Shown here one piece after another: positions 9,074 to 18,375 of a DNA stretch of 64,000 nucleotides (positions within the stretch are counted from its first letter, which is position 1; each line of letters opens with the position of its first letter). The notes below the pieces were generated by a model that was not told the DNA's origin, did no database searches, and saw nothing but the letters and a program-made list of their open reading frames with translations. The position numbers and the translations under genes are program-made. The stretch is from Bdellovibrionales bacterium (GTDB taxonomy: Bacteria; Bdellovibrionota; Bdellovibrionia; Bdellovibrionales; JAMPXM01), in NCBI GenBank assembly GCA_043739185.1, contig JAYUEN010000155.1:30732-94731 (forward strand), in the 5' to 3' direction.

Positions 9074-9973
9074 ATGAATTTACAGCAATTGGTTACGTTT
9101 ACGACCGTAATTTCTGAAGGGAGCATGACGGCTGCAGCCGAAAAACTTTATCTTACTCAGCCAGCTGTCAGCCAACAGATTCGCAACTTAGAAGAAGAAA
9201 CTGGGGTGGAGCTCTTGGTACGAGGCACGCGCCAAGCTCGTGCTACGATTCAAGGTCAGCTTTTATATGAATATGCTAAAAAAATTATTGCTCTTACTCA
9301 ACAAGCACAGGTTGCCATTCAGACGATCGGTGAAGGCGTACAAGGATCGCTTCGAATCGGAACCCTTAACTCCTTAGGCCTTTATTTATTGGGGCCCTTA
9401 GTTGGAACTTTTTTAAGACATAATGCCAAGATCAATATGGCCCTTATGTATGAAGATGGAGTTTCGATTTTCAAAGCACTTGAAAAAGGTGAATTAGATG
9501 CTGCCATTTTACCAGAAGTTGAAGCTGAGTATGGATTGAAGCCAATGGGACTCGAAGTTCGTGAACTCATGAAAGACGAAGTTTGGCTGGTTGCCTCGAA
9601 CAAAGAAATGGGCTTGCCTCAATCGATCACGGTGAAGGAATTGAATCTCAAGCCGTTCGTTCGATTTTCTGAACGCAACTCAAGTTTCAATGAAAAGCTT
9701 CGACTCGAATTGGTGAGACAGAATATTAAACTCAAGCCAGTTTTTGAGAGCAATAATGTCGGCACTGTAAAAAAAGTTGTTGAGAGTGGTTTGGGCTGGG
9801 GCTTTCTGCCATCTCATAGTATCAAAAAGCAAGTGCGTGCGGGCCGTTTGCTCAATGTTGAAGTGAGTGATCTCAAGTATTCGATTAATATTAATTATTA
9901 TTTACGTAAGACAGAGCAAAACTCGCATGTCAGTGAAATATTTTATCGCGCGCTCAAGCAGCCCAGTATCTAA
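9074..9973 (+). CDS. LysR family transcriptional regulator
   Basis: The N-terminal wHTH reads 'LQQLVTFTTVISEGSMTAAAEKLYLTQPAVSQQIRNLEEETGVELL'. It is about 300 aa with a LysR substrate-binding region. Confidence 0.85.
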   Translation: MNLQQLVTFTTVISEGSMTAAAEKLYLTQPAVSQQIRNLEEETGVELLVRGTRQARATIQGQLLYEYAKKIIALTQQAQVAIQTIGEGVQGSLRIGTLNSLGLYLLGPLVGTFLRHNAKINMALMYEDGVSIFKALEKGELDAAILPEVEAEYGLKPMGLEVRELMKDEVWLVASNKEMGLPQSITVKELNLKPFVRFSERNSSFNEKLRLELVRQNIKLKPVFESNNVGTVKKVVESGLGWGFLPSHSIKKQVRAGRLLNVEVSDLKYSININYYLRKTEQNSHVSEIFYRALKQPSI

Positions 9974-9982
9974 GGACGCGCT

Positions 9983-11194
9983 CTAAGTTAATCTGCGAAT
10001 CTGGGCGGCATAAAAGCCGTCGAAATCATTTTCTCCAGGCCAAAAGTGTTTTTCACTTTCGAGCTTATAATTCTTATTATTGGCTAAGAAGTTTTTGACC
10101 TGCAGTTCATTTTCACTCGGCAAAATACTGCAAGTGGCATAAAGGATCAAGCCTCCGGGCTTCACCATTGGAGTGTAGGTTTGCAAAATATCGGCCTGAA
10201 TTTGGCGAAGTTCTTCAACGCGCTCAAGAGTGAGCTTCCATTTGCTGTCGGGATTTCGCCTCAAAGCACCGAGTCCTGAGCAGGGAACATCGAGTAAAAC
10301 GCGATCCGCGGTGGCTTCTAAGCGTTTAATGGTTTTACTGCCTTCGATTAGTTTCATTTCAATGACATCACAGCCGGCACGGGCAGACCGTTTTTTGAGT
10401 TCCGCCAATTTTTTTTCATGGATATCAAGAGCAATGATACGGCCTTTATTTTTCATTAGGGCTGCCGCATGAAGGGTCTTGCCGCCGGCCCCTGCACAGG
10501 CATCAATTACGCGCATTCCGGGCTTGAGATCTAAAAGTGGGGCTATCATTTGGCTTGAGCCATCTTGAATTTCGAAATGACCAAGTTTAAAGGCTTCAGA
10601 AAGAAAAATATTTTTTCTCTGCAAAAGCTTCATGGCGCCGGGTGGATTTTTGAGGCTTTGAACTTCAAATTCTTCACTTATTAATTTGGCCTTCAATGCC
10701 TCAGGAGTGGTGCGAAGAGTATTGGTTCTGATAATCACTGGGGCCTGTAAATTGAGCGCTTCAAGAATCGAATTCCAGCGATTTCCGAGCTCTTCTTTTC
10801 CTAGATTGTAGAGCCACTCCGGAACCGAGTGAGTTTCGGCATCGGTGAAGTTTTTATTCTCAATTATGTTTTTGATTTTGCGCTCGTCTAATCGGAAGGC
10901 ATCGACAAAGGCATTGACCTCAAGATCTTTTTTAGAAATATAAAAATAAGTCAGCGCTAATTTTTTAAGTGAGTACTCGGTCAGGCTAACGGGTTCATCT
11001 AAAACCACCCAAATAAATCTCCACCAGCGAACGATTTCATAGACATTTTCAGCTATGAATTTGCGATCGCGGACGCCCCATTTTTTATTGGCTTTAAAGG
11101 CACGCTCAATAACTTTGTCGGCGTAATAACCCTCAGCAAAAATTTGTTCGAGGCAATGAGCAATTGCGGTGAGGAGGGGGGGGTGTATTTTCAA
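9983..11194 (-). CDS. rsmB: RsmB/NOL1/NOP2/Sun-family rRNA m5C methyltransferase
   Basis: It has a NusB-like N-terminal domain, the SAM motif 'VIDACAGAGGKT' and the catalytic 'DVPCSGLGALRRNPD' and 'LILYATCSI' Cys motifs. A TTG start overlaps the upstream stop (TTGA). Confidence 0.75.
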   Translation of the reverse strand: MKIHPPLLTAIAHCLEQIFAEGYYADKVIERAFKANKKWGVRDRKFIAENVYEIVRWWRFIWVVLDEPVSLTEYSLKKLALTYFYISKKDLEVNAFVDAFRLDERKIKNIIENKNFTDAETHSVPEWLYNLGKEELGNRWNSILEALNLQAPVIIRTNTLRTTPEALKAKLISEEFEVQSLKNPPGAMKLLQRKNIFLSEAFKLGHFEIQDGSSQMIAPLLDLKPGMRVIDACAGAGGKTLHAAALMKNKGRIIALDIHEKKLAELKKRSARAGCDVIEMKLIEGSKTIKRLEATADRVLLDVPCSGLGALRRNPDSKWKLTLERVEELRQIQADILQTYTPMVKPGGLILYATCSILPSENELQVKNFLANNKNYKLESEKHFWPGENDFDGFYAAQIRRLT

Positions 11195-11922
11195 AATGTA
11201 AACAGCGCGCCGATAGCAACAAAGCTTCCGTCGTATTGTCCGTTAGATAAAAGGTGAAAATGATTTTTAATGCCGGCTTCGACAAAAAAACCAGTGCTGT
11301 CTAATATATTAAAAAAGCGGGCGCCTAAAAAAAGTTGGTAATCAAAAGAGATTTGCGATTGCCCTGAAATTTGCTTTAAATAAAAACCAGGCCCCGCTCC
11401 TGCTCCAAAATAAAGAGGAAAGTGGCTTGAAGCATCGGGAAAAATAACCACTGGTAATAAGCTGAGTTTTGAGGCCGCACCTTCAGCAAGGTTGAAGGTC
11501 GAAAAGTCAGCGCGAAAGTCGAGATCGGCAGCATTGGCCCACTCGCCGAGACGGTAAGTGACTCCAATATTGAGTTTTCCGATATTGCTTTCGTGCTCAG
11601 AGCCCCATTTATAAGAGTCATCGCCTACAAAAGTTCCGATATGCACGGCCATATAATGAGATTCTTTTGCAATCGACGCCGGACCTCGTGAATCTGAGTC
11701 TTCAGGTCTTTGCCCCATATATTTGGCTGCGGCTTTATGCCCGGTTTTTGTCGGTAAACTTTTAGGGGGGGCTTTTTCGTGAGTAGATTCGATTTTTTCT
11801 GATTTATCGCTATAGTCAACCGCACCTAGGCCGTCTTCTTCTGCGTAAATTGCGTGAAAAGGGGTGCTTGAGATCAATAAAATCACTGCCAAATGTGCCG
11901 AAATTTTCGAGATCATCTTCAT
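11191..11922 (-). CDS. Putative outer-membrane beta-barrel protein
   Basis: It has a signal peptide, alternating-hydrophobic strands and a C-terminal aromatic residue ('AIGALFTF'). Confidence 0.5.
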   Translation of the reverse strand: MKMISKISAHLAVILLISSTPFHAIYAEEDGLGAVDYSDKSEKIESTHEKAPPKSLPTKTGHKAAAKYMGQRPEDSDSRGPASIAKESHYMAVHIGTFVGDDSYKWGSEHESNIGKLNIGVTYRLGEWANAADLDFRADFSTFNLAEGAASKLSLLPVVIFPDASSHFPLYFGAGAGPGFYLKQISGQSQISFDYQLFLGARFFNILDSTGFFVEAGIKNHFHLLSNGQYDGSFVAIGALFTF

Positions 11923-12064
11923 AATAGGCTCCTGACTTCAATTGAGGTCTAATATAATTTCTAGCCGATAACAAAGAAATCGAATGAATTTATTGACGCG
12001 GCTCGTTTGATATCTTAATGTCTGCCTTCGATTTAAGGATAATATAGTTCTTTGGAATTAGAGG

Positions 12065-12490
12065 ATGGTCATGGGTTCAAGGCGTGCTGCGCGTGAGTTG
12101 GCTTTACAATATTTGTTTGGCCATGAATTTCAAAATAAAATGACCCCTCGAGAGTGGCTAAATCAGTATTCTGAAGATTTTCAGGTTGAGGCTGATGTCG
12201 CAAGCTTTTCGCAAAACCTCTGCGAAGGTGTATTAAAACACAAATCCGAAATTGATCCCGTAATTCAAAGCCATAGCGCTCATTGGAAGCTCAGTCGCAT
12301 GTCCTTAGTAGACATCAATATCCTGCGCGTAGCCGTATTTGAGATGCATTTTAGTCCAAATCCAATTGCTCCAAAAATTATAATAAATGAGGCCATCGAT
12401 ATTGCCAAATTATATGGAAGCATTGATTCCGGCGCCTTTGTAAACGGGATCATTGATCAAATTGCGAAATCTTTGACTTTAAGAGCTTAA
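12065..12490 (+). CDS. nusB: Transcription antitermination factor NusB
   Basis: It contains 'RRAARELALQYLF', 'W.LSRM..VD..ILR.A.FE' and 'IINEAIDIAKLYG...SGAFVNGIID'. Confidence 0.9.
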   Translation: MVMGSRRAARELALQYLFGHEFQNKMTPREWLNQYSEDFQVEADVASFSQNLCEGVLKHKSEIDPVIQSHSAHWKLSRMSLVDINILRVAVFEMHFSPNPIAPKIIINEAIDIAKLYGSIDSGAFVNGIIDQIAKSLTLRA

Positions 12491-12561
12491 ACAGACTTAA
12501 GAGCCGGCTGGGAAGCAGCTTTCATCTTTTTTAGCGTCGGACTGGCGTTTACAATCAGAAA

Positions 12562-13062
12562 ATGATTCAATTCGAATCAATGAAACAATTGAACAGTCAA
12601 ACCGATGCTTTTTCGAGTGGATCAAATCTGTGGATTATCGCAGACCTTGAAAGTTCAAAATGGGCCCAAAAGCTAGATTGGTATCTGAATTTTCAATTGC
12701 GAAGAGCAAAGCTTCATACTCCAAAAAAGATTTCTGAGTCAGCACAAGAAAAGATAGCGAGTTGGGGCATTGACGTTCAGAAATTAACCAAAGGGGTTAG
12801 GAGCTTTGATCGCAAAAAAGCGGCCCTTATGATTGCAAGCCAAAAGCTTTTGCCAAATCAATTGACCATTCAAATTCCATTTCGCGACCTTACAGTGGGC
12901 GAATGGGCGCAAAACTGTTTGAAGCTGTTGCAAAATTTAAAACAGACGCAGGCACGTATTTTTTTGCCTCAAAAAATAAGTGCTAGCGAATTTTCAAAAG
13001 TATTGGGAAGTAAAAATTCAGAGTTCGAAATTGAAATGATTGAAGAGGCTCTGCTTGACTGA
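12562..13062 (+). CDS. Hypothetical protein (166 aa)
   Basis: An ORF in operon position between nusB and the PpsR-like gene. No motif was recognised. Confidence 0.45.
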   Translation: MIQFESMKQLNSQTDAFSSGSNLWIIADLESSKWAQKLDWYLNFQLRRAKLHTPKKISESAQEKIASWGIDVQKLTKGVRSFDRKKAALMIASQKLLPNQLTIQIPFRDLTVGEWAQNCLKLLQNLKQTQARIFLPQKISASEFSKVLGSKNSEFEIEMIEEALLD

Positions 13063-13897
13063 AGAAAAAAAAGCGACGGTTTATATTATTTCAGATGGTA
13101 CCGGTGAAACCGCAGCGACCATGATTCGGGCCGCTTTGGTGCAATACTCCGAAGTCGATTCTCATATAGTTCGGCATAAAAATGTGCGCAATGAAAATCA
13201 AGTTGAATCTTTAATTGACTCTGCGTTTGAAGCCAAAGCGATTATCGTTCACACCATGGCTTCGCCCCAGCTGCGCGAAAAAATTCGCGAATACTCGGCC
13301 GGCAAGGGCTTGCAGGCCGTTGATTTGTTGGGGCCATTATTAGACCAGCTCGATATTTATTTTGGCGTTAAATCTTCACATCAAGTCGGACTCCTTCATA
13401 CTGTCGATCTCAGATATTTTAGGCGAATTGAAGCAATTGAATATACGGTTAAACATGACGATGGGAAATGTCTCACAGATTTAGACGAAGCGGATATTAT
13501 CTTGGTCGGCGTGAGCCGAACCAGCAAGACTCCGCTTTCGATTTTTTTAAGTCACAAAGGTTGGAAGGTTGTCAATATTCCCCTGGTTTTGAATACGGCC
13601 TTGCCTCAGGAACTTTCGACTGTTGATCAGCGAAAAATAATTGGACTGATTATTGATCCCGATAGTTTGTCTCGAATTCGCCGGAATCGACTCGAGAAAT
13701 TTGGTCAGGATCCGGGCGGTGAGTATGCCCGCAGTAGTTATATCGCACAAGAAATTGAATTCGCGCAGGCGCTCTTCAAGCAAAATCAAAGATGGCCAGT
13801 TCTCAATGTTACCGAACGCGCGCTTGAAGAAACCGCCACCGAAATCACTCGTATCATTGCTTCACGTATGGGGCTGCCGGATAAATTACTGTTTTAA
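13040..13897 (+). CDS. Bifunctional kinase/pyrophosphorylase regulator of PEP synthase or PPDK (PpsR/PDRP, DUF299)
   Basis: It contains 'VYIISDGTGETAATM' and the P-loop 'ILVGVSRTSKTPLS', and has the typical length of about 280 aa. Confidence 0.85.
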   Translation: MKRLCLTEEKKATVYIISDGTGETAATMIRAALVQYSEVDSHIVRHKNVRNENQVESLIDSAFEAKAIIVHTMASPQLREKIREYSAGKGLQAVDLLGPLLDQLDIYFGVKSSHQVGLLHTVDLRYFRRIEAIEYTVKHDDGKCLTDLDEADIILVGVSRTSKTPLSIFLSHKGWKVVNIPLVLNTALPQELSTVDQRKIIGLIIDPDSLSRIRRNRLEKFGQDPGGEYARSSYIAQEIEFAQALFKQNQRWPVLNVTERALEETATEITRIIASRMGLPDKLLF

Positions 13898-14521
13898 AAC
13901 TGTCTTCTCATCCATGACATCAAGCAATTCAATTTCAAAAAGTAGGGCTTGATTGACTGGCACAACTCCGTCGCGAGTTCCGCGGCTACCATAAGCCAGA
14001 TCGGCGGGAATATAGAGCTTACGTTTGCCGCCAACTTTCATATTCACTAAGCCTTCGTCCCAACCTGCGATCACTTGCTTTTCTCCAAGAGTAAATTCGA
14101 AGGGTTCTTTGCCTTCGGAAGTATCCAATTGAAAGCCCTTCATCTGCGGCTGTTTGGGATCAAAAAACCAACCGGTATAATTGACCTTAACACTTTTGCC
14201 TTTTACAGCAGCTTTGCCACTGCCAGCATTTAAGTCTTCAACAATTAAATTTTTAAGGTCCGCAGGAATTTTCAAAACACTCTTTTCTTTTTTAGGTTCT
14301 GCAGTTTTTTTTCCTTTTTTATCTAGGCCCAGCAGACTTTTAGCTGAAATTCCTGTGGATTTGTTCGGATCATTTGCTGGCGCCGTAGCTGAAGCAGGTG
14401 TCATTTGAGATGGGGCGGCCGCGGGAGCTGAAGGAATTGGGGCTTGAGGCTCGGCACCTAGAGATTTAGAGGCCAAAACACAAAGTAAGAGAGTGAAGAT
14501 AAAACTATTTTTCAAACACAT
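13886..14521 (-). CDS. FKBP-type peptidyl-prolyl cis-trans isomerase, secreted
   Basis: It has a signal peptide, an Ala/Pro-rich linker and an FKBP core ('V.V.Y.GW', 'FDTS...PFEFTLG..QVI.GWDEG...MKVGGKRKL.IP..LAYG'). Confidence 0.85.
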   Translation of the reverse strand: MCLKNSFIFTLLLCVLASKSLGAEPQAPIPSAPAAAPSQMTPASATAPANDPNKSTGISAKSLLGLDKKGKKTAEPKKEKSVLKIPADLKNLIVEDLNAGSGKAAVKGKSVKVNYTGWFFDPKQPQMKGFQLDTSEGKEPFEFTLGEKQVIAGWDEGLVNMKVGGKRKLYIPADLAYGSRGTRDGVVPVNQALLFEIELLDVMDEKTVLKQ

Positions 14522-14907
14522 AAGAAATCTACTTTCGTTTCGGATTTGTGAGCAATATCAAATGCAGAGTACTGCAAGCAGATACAATCAAACAAACACA
14601 GAAACGCCGCATCAACCAGAAAAAGCTAAAAACTTAAGCAGTGGTTTTTAAGGCATTTTTAATTTTTTATTGACCTATGTGATACTATCCTGCAAGGAGA
14701 TTTGCCCCGCACGCTAATTTTTCTCGAGCTTTTGGTGAAAAATTTTAGAACTAGGCTCCAGATAAATTGTGTGAATTTCGGGCGTTTCAAAGTTTTTTGT
14801 TGAAATGAGAGGAAGAATGACGCTTGAATGTAATTTGAATTTATTTTTCAAAGCATGAAGGCTCTTCAGGCAAGCTGTCTCAAAGAGGCCGAGAAGGAAT
14901 AGGATCA

Positions 14908-16806
14908 GTGTCAAAAAAAATTACCAGCAGTAGTACCGCCGAATATTTTGCAAAGAATTTGCAACAGGTCGGATTTTCGTCACCTCTCAAAGCGGTTTTA
15001 ACCACACTCAAAGAAGCAGTCGATAATTCGTTAGATGCGTGCGAAGAAAATTCAATTTTGCCGGACTTAAAGGTTTCAATAACTAAAATTGGTGAAGGCA
15101 GTTCAAAGTCGACCGATTTAATCAAGATCGTAGTTGAAGACAATGGGCCAGGCATTGATCCCGATGATATTGCAAAAGTTTTTGGTGAATATTTAGCTTC
15201 AAGCAAATTTGGTAAAGGTCAATGTTCTAGAGGCCAACAAGGGATTGGTATTTCTGCAGCGACTACTTGGGCACAATTGACCAATGCCTCAGGAGTTCAA
15301 GTAACGACTATTCAAAAAAATATGCGAAAGGCAATTAGCTGCCTAGTAGATGTCGACATTAAAGCAAATAAAGGCGTGGTAAAGAAAAAAGAGAGCATTG
15401 ACTGGGATCGCCCTCATGGCACGCGAGTCGAGTTTCGCATTGATGGCCGAATTCAACTCAATGGTGACGGCGGATTATTGACCTATCTTGAAGGCACCAC
15501 ATTAGTGAATCCACATATGAGTTTGGATTATAAAGTAGTCGATCAAGACTGGGTAAAAGTGAAGCGTGTCACCGATGTCTGTCCAGAAATTCCTGAAAGT
15601 ACACTTCCACATCCGCATACGATGAAGCTTGGCGAATTCATGACACATGCTCATCTTTTTGGGAAAGTCGATTTCTCTAAATTTCTTAAAACCGGTTTTT
15701 CAAGAGTGAATGATCAGACCGTTAAGGAATTGGTGAAGATTGGTATGCCGAAGTCTTTGCTCAATATGCCAGTAATGAAAATGAAAGAGGGCGAGTTCAA
15801 AGCGGCCTTTCAAGTTATTCAAAAAGCTGAATTGCAAAGTCCGTCGACTAAATCGGTTTTGACAGTTGGTGAAGAAGCACTTTCAAAAAGTATTATGCGA
15901 TTAGGTGATATCGATTTCTTTTCGGTGGTTACACGTAAACCTCGCATTTGTGATTTCAAACCAGTAGTGGTCGAAGTAGCGCTGGCGCGTTTTTTAACTC
16001 GTGGAAGTATGGATGAATCTATTCAGCTTTTACGTTTTGCCAATCGTGTACCTCTTCAGTTTGATAAAAGCTCGTGCGCAATCACGCAGGCAGTTGAAAG
16101 TGTCAATTGGCGTTCTTATGGATTGGCTCAGGGTAAAGATAGTATTCCGGCAGGGCCATATGTTTTTGCCATCAGTGTGGTTTCGCCATTTATTAAATTT
16201 AAGAATGCTTCGAAAGAAACCATTGATGCCTCAGACGAATTGATTGAAGAAATTAGACGAACACTGATGCAAGCGGGGCAACAGCTTTCAAGACATATTC
16301 GCAAGGAAAATAAAGAAGCCGATCTTGAAAGAAAATTAGCCCATATTGAGCAATTTGGTCCGATTTTAGTTGAGGGCCTTGTGCGCATTACTGGCGCCAA
16401 TCAAACGCGTAAGAAAAATGCAGAGGACGGACTAAAGAAACTACTTGGACGGGATACTCGCGACGCTGAAAAAGATTTGTCAGTCGCTGAGGTAAGACTT
16501 CAAGCGCTTAAAGAAAAAGCTCTAAAAGCTGGAGTCAAATTTGATAAAAGGCATTCGCAAAGTGAATTGCTTGAAGCCGCTGAGCGCGGTGAAGAGTTAA
16601 CTGATTTTGAAGCACCAGGTGACGAGTCGGATGAAGCTTCTGACTCGAAAGAAAAATCCACACAAAAGGGCACAGGCAAGTCATCGACTGAGAAAGTGGC
16701 GCAAAGTACTGAGAAGTCAGCCACAACTAGCACTGAAAAAGCAGCTCAGGCGACGACTGCCAAGGCGACAACGGCCAAGGCCGCTCCTAAGAAAAAATCG
16801 AAATAA
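14908..16806 (+). CDS. top6B: DNA topoisomerase VI subunit B (GHKL ATPase) with a Lys/Thr/Ala-rich C-terminal tail
   Basis: The N-terminus 'AEYFAKNLQQVGF' is present, along with Bergerat-fold boxes 'EAVDNSLDACEE', 'VEDNGPGI' and 'GQQGIGISAA', and a transducer region. A GTG start follows AAGGA. Confidence 0.85.
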   Translation: MSKKITSSSTAEYFAKNLQQVGFSSPLKAVLTTLKEAVDNSLDACEENSILPDLKVSITKIGEGSSKSTDLIKIVVEDNGPGIDPDDIAKVFGEYLASSKFGKGQCSRGQQGIGISAATTWAQLTNASGVQVTTIQKNMRKAISCLVDVDIKANKGVVKKKESIDWDRPHGTRVEFRIDGRIQLNGDGGLLTYLEGTTLVNPHMSLDYKVVDQDWVKVKRVTDVCPEIPESTLPHPHTMKLGEFMTHAHLFGKVDFSKFLKTGFSRVNDQTVKELVKIGMPKSLLNMPVMKMKEGEFKAAFQVIQKAELQSPSTKSVLTVGEEALSKSIMRLGDIDFFSVVTRKPRICDFKPVVVEVALARFLTRGSMDESIQLLRFANRVPLQFDKSSCAITQAVESVNWRSYGLAQGKDSIPAGPYVFAISVVSPFIKFKNASKETIDASDELIEEIRRTLMQAGQQLSRHIRKENKEADLERKLAHIEQFGPILVEGLVRITGANQTRKKNAEDGLKKLLGRDTRDAEKDLSVAEVRLQALKEKALKAGVKFDKRHSQSELLEAAERGEELTDFEAPGDESDEASDSKEKSTQKGTGKSSTEKVAQSTEKSATTSTEKAAQATTAKATTAKAAPKKKSK

Positions 16807-16818
16807 AGGGTCAATTTC

Positions 16819-17982
16819 ATGGATAAAATCATTCGCATTCGAAAACTAACTAAAGATATTCCTGCTGAGGCCAAGGCCCTTTGCGATATGATGTTGAAGG
16901 AACTTGAAAACTCAAATCGCCCAGTTCTAGAGGCGGTTAAGTGTTCGCTTGATAATTCTCTTTACAATCCAAAAGTGGGTTATCTGACGCCTGGAAGTAA
17001 AAGAGTGCGAACCGAACTCAATGTCTCGAGTGTTCAAAAAATGGCCCGCGTGGTTTTCATGCTCGAAGTACTACTGCGAAATATTAAGACCGGCGCAGTC
17101 AATACCAAGCGCGAACTTTACTACATCGGAAAAGGTATGGTGAAGTCTTCAACCAATCTAAAGCCGCTCGATTTCACCGCGCAAGAAGAGAGCGATTCAA
17201 TTATAGATTTCATAGGTGATATGCTTGAAGTTTACCGCGAAGAGCTTAATTGTTTTGCCAATGATCGTGGTGGTCAAACTTACTCGCAGCATTTAGTGGT
17301 TACTGAAACCTTACCTGATGGTGATAAGGCGGTGGTCGATTTGAGCTCGCTCGGAACCACACCTTTTCAGCCTAAAAATAAGCCTCAAGCTTTGAGATTG
17401 AAAGCTAAGAAGAAAATTGAATTCTGTCTAGTTGTTGAGTCCGAAGGTACGGCGGGAACTCTCGTCGCAAATGGTATGACCAAGAGACATAATTGTATTG
17501 TCATGGGTGCTCAAGGAGTACCTTCAAATGGCGTGCGTGGCTGGTGTAAACTTATTCAGACAGAACTCAAGGTTCCAATTTTCTTTTTCGGAGATCTCGA
17601 CGCCTATACTTTACAAAATATCTTTCGAACTTTGAAAGCTGGTTCGGCGGCTTCTTTAATAAGAAACTCAGACTTTTCTGCTCCCTCGGTGCATTTCTTA
17701 GGTGTTTTGCCAGAAGACGTAAAAAAATATGATTTGGATTGTTATGAAGTGCGCGAAAAGGATCCGGTTGAATCGCGCTCACTTAAGAAGGCAAAAGACG
17801 CTTTGGCAAATGATCCGTTTTTTCAAGATAAGAAAAACCGCAAACTAGCTGATATTTTAAACTGGTTAGTAAAAAATAAATTGCGCTGCGAGCAACAGGC
17901 ATTGTTTGCGGTCAATCCAAACGATCCTTTGACGCCTGAAAAAATCATTGTGGATAAAATTCGCAGCGGCTCTTACGTTTAA
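16819..17982 (+). CDS. top6A: DNA topoisomerase VI subunit A (Spo11-type)
   Basis: The catalytic-Tyr motif 'KRELYYIGKG' is at Y101/Y102. Toprim residues 'LVVESEG' and 'FFFGDLDAYT' are present. The gene starts 12 nt after top6B. Confidence 0.85.
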   Translation: MDKIIRIRKLTKDIPAEAKALCDMMLKELENSNRPVLEAVKCSLDNSLYNPKVGYLTPGSKRVRTELNVSSVQKMARVVFMLEVLLRNIKTGAVNTKRELYYIGKGMVKSSTNLKPLDFTAQEESDSIIDFIGDMLEVYREELNCFANDRGGQTYSQHLVVTETLPDGDKAVVDLSSLGTTPFQPKNKPQALRLKAKKKIEFCLVVESEGTAGTLVANGMTKRHNCIVMGAQGVPSNGVRGWCKLIQTELKVPIFFFGDLDAYTLQNIFRTLKAGSAASLIRNSDFSAPSVHFLGVLPEDVKKYDLDCYEVREKDPVESRSLKKAKDALANDPFFQDKKNRKLADILNWLVKNKLRCEQQALFAVNPNDPLTPEKIIVDKIRSGSYV

Positions 17983-17985
17983 AGT

Positions 17986-18375
17986 CTAAGCTTTCAGTTT
18001 GCCGGACTTTAAATATTCTTCGAGTTCAGCATTTCCGCCTATAAGCTTTGAATCAATAAAGACCTGTGGGAAAGTGGGCCAGCCGCTCCAGAGTTTTACC
18101 GCAAGTCTTGGCTTCCACATTGAAAAATAACTGCCATACTCCAAGTATTTAAATTTGAGTCCGGCGCCATCTAAATTCTTTCTGGCTTTGGTGACCACTG
18201 GGTTTTGCGCCATTCCGACAACTACTATTTTATTGGCCTTTACGGCCCCTTCAACTTCTTTCACGATATCCGCATAAAATTTCTCGATGGCTTCGTGAGC
18301 TTTTGCATCTAGATTTTCAGTTCCTAGGACTTTTCTCATAAATTCTCCTTTAAATTTGGCTGAGCTGGCGCTCAA
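17986..18375 (-). CDS. Glutaredoxin-like (Grx4/monothiol type) protein lacking any cysteine
   Basis: 'KLWSGWPTFPQVFIDSKLIGGNAELEEY' matches the Grx C-terminal half. The CGFS loop position reads 'VVVGMAQNPVVTKA', and the whole ORF has zero Cys. The start may be the ATG at 18339. Confidence 0.65.
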   Translation of the reverse strand: MSASSAKFKGEFMRKVLGTENLDAKAHEAIEKFYADIVKEVEGAVKANKIVVVGMAQNPVVTKARKNLDGAGLKFKYLEYGSYFSMWKPRLAVKLWSGWPTFPQVFIDSKLIGGNAELEEYLKSGKLKA

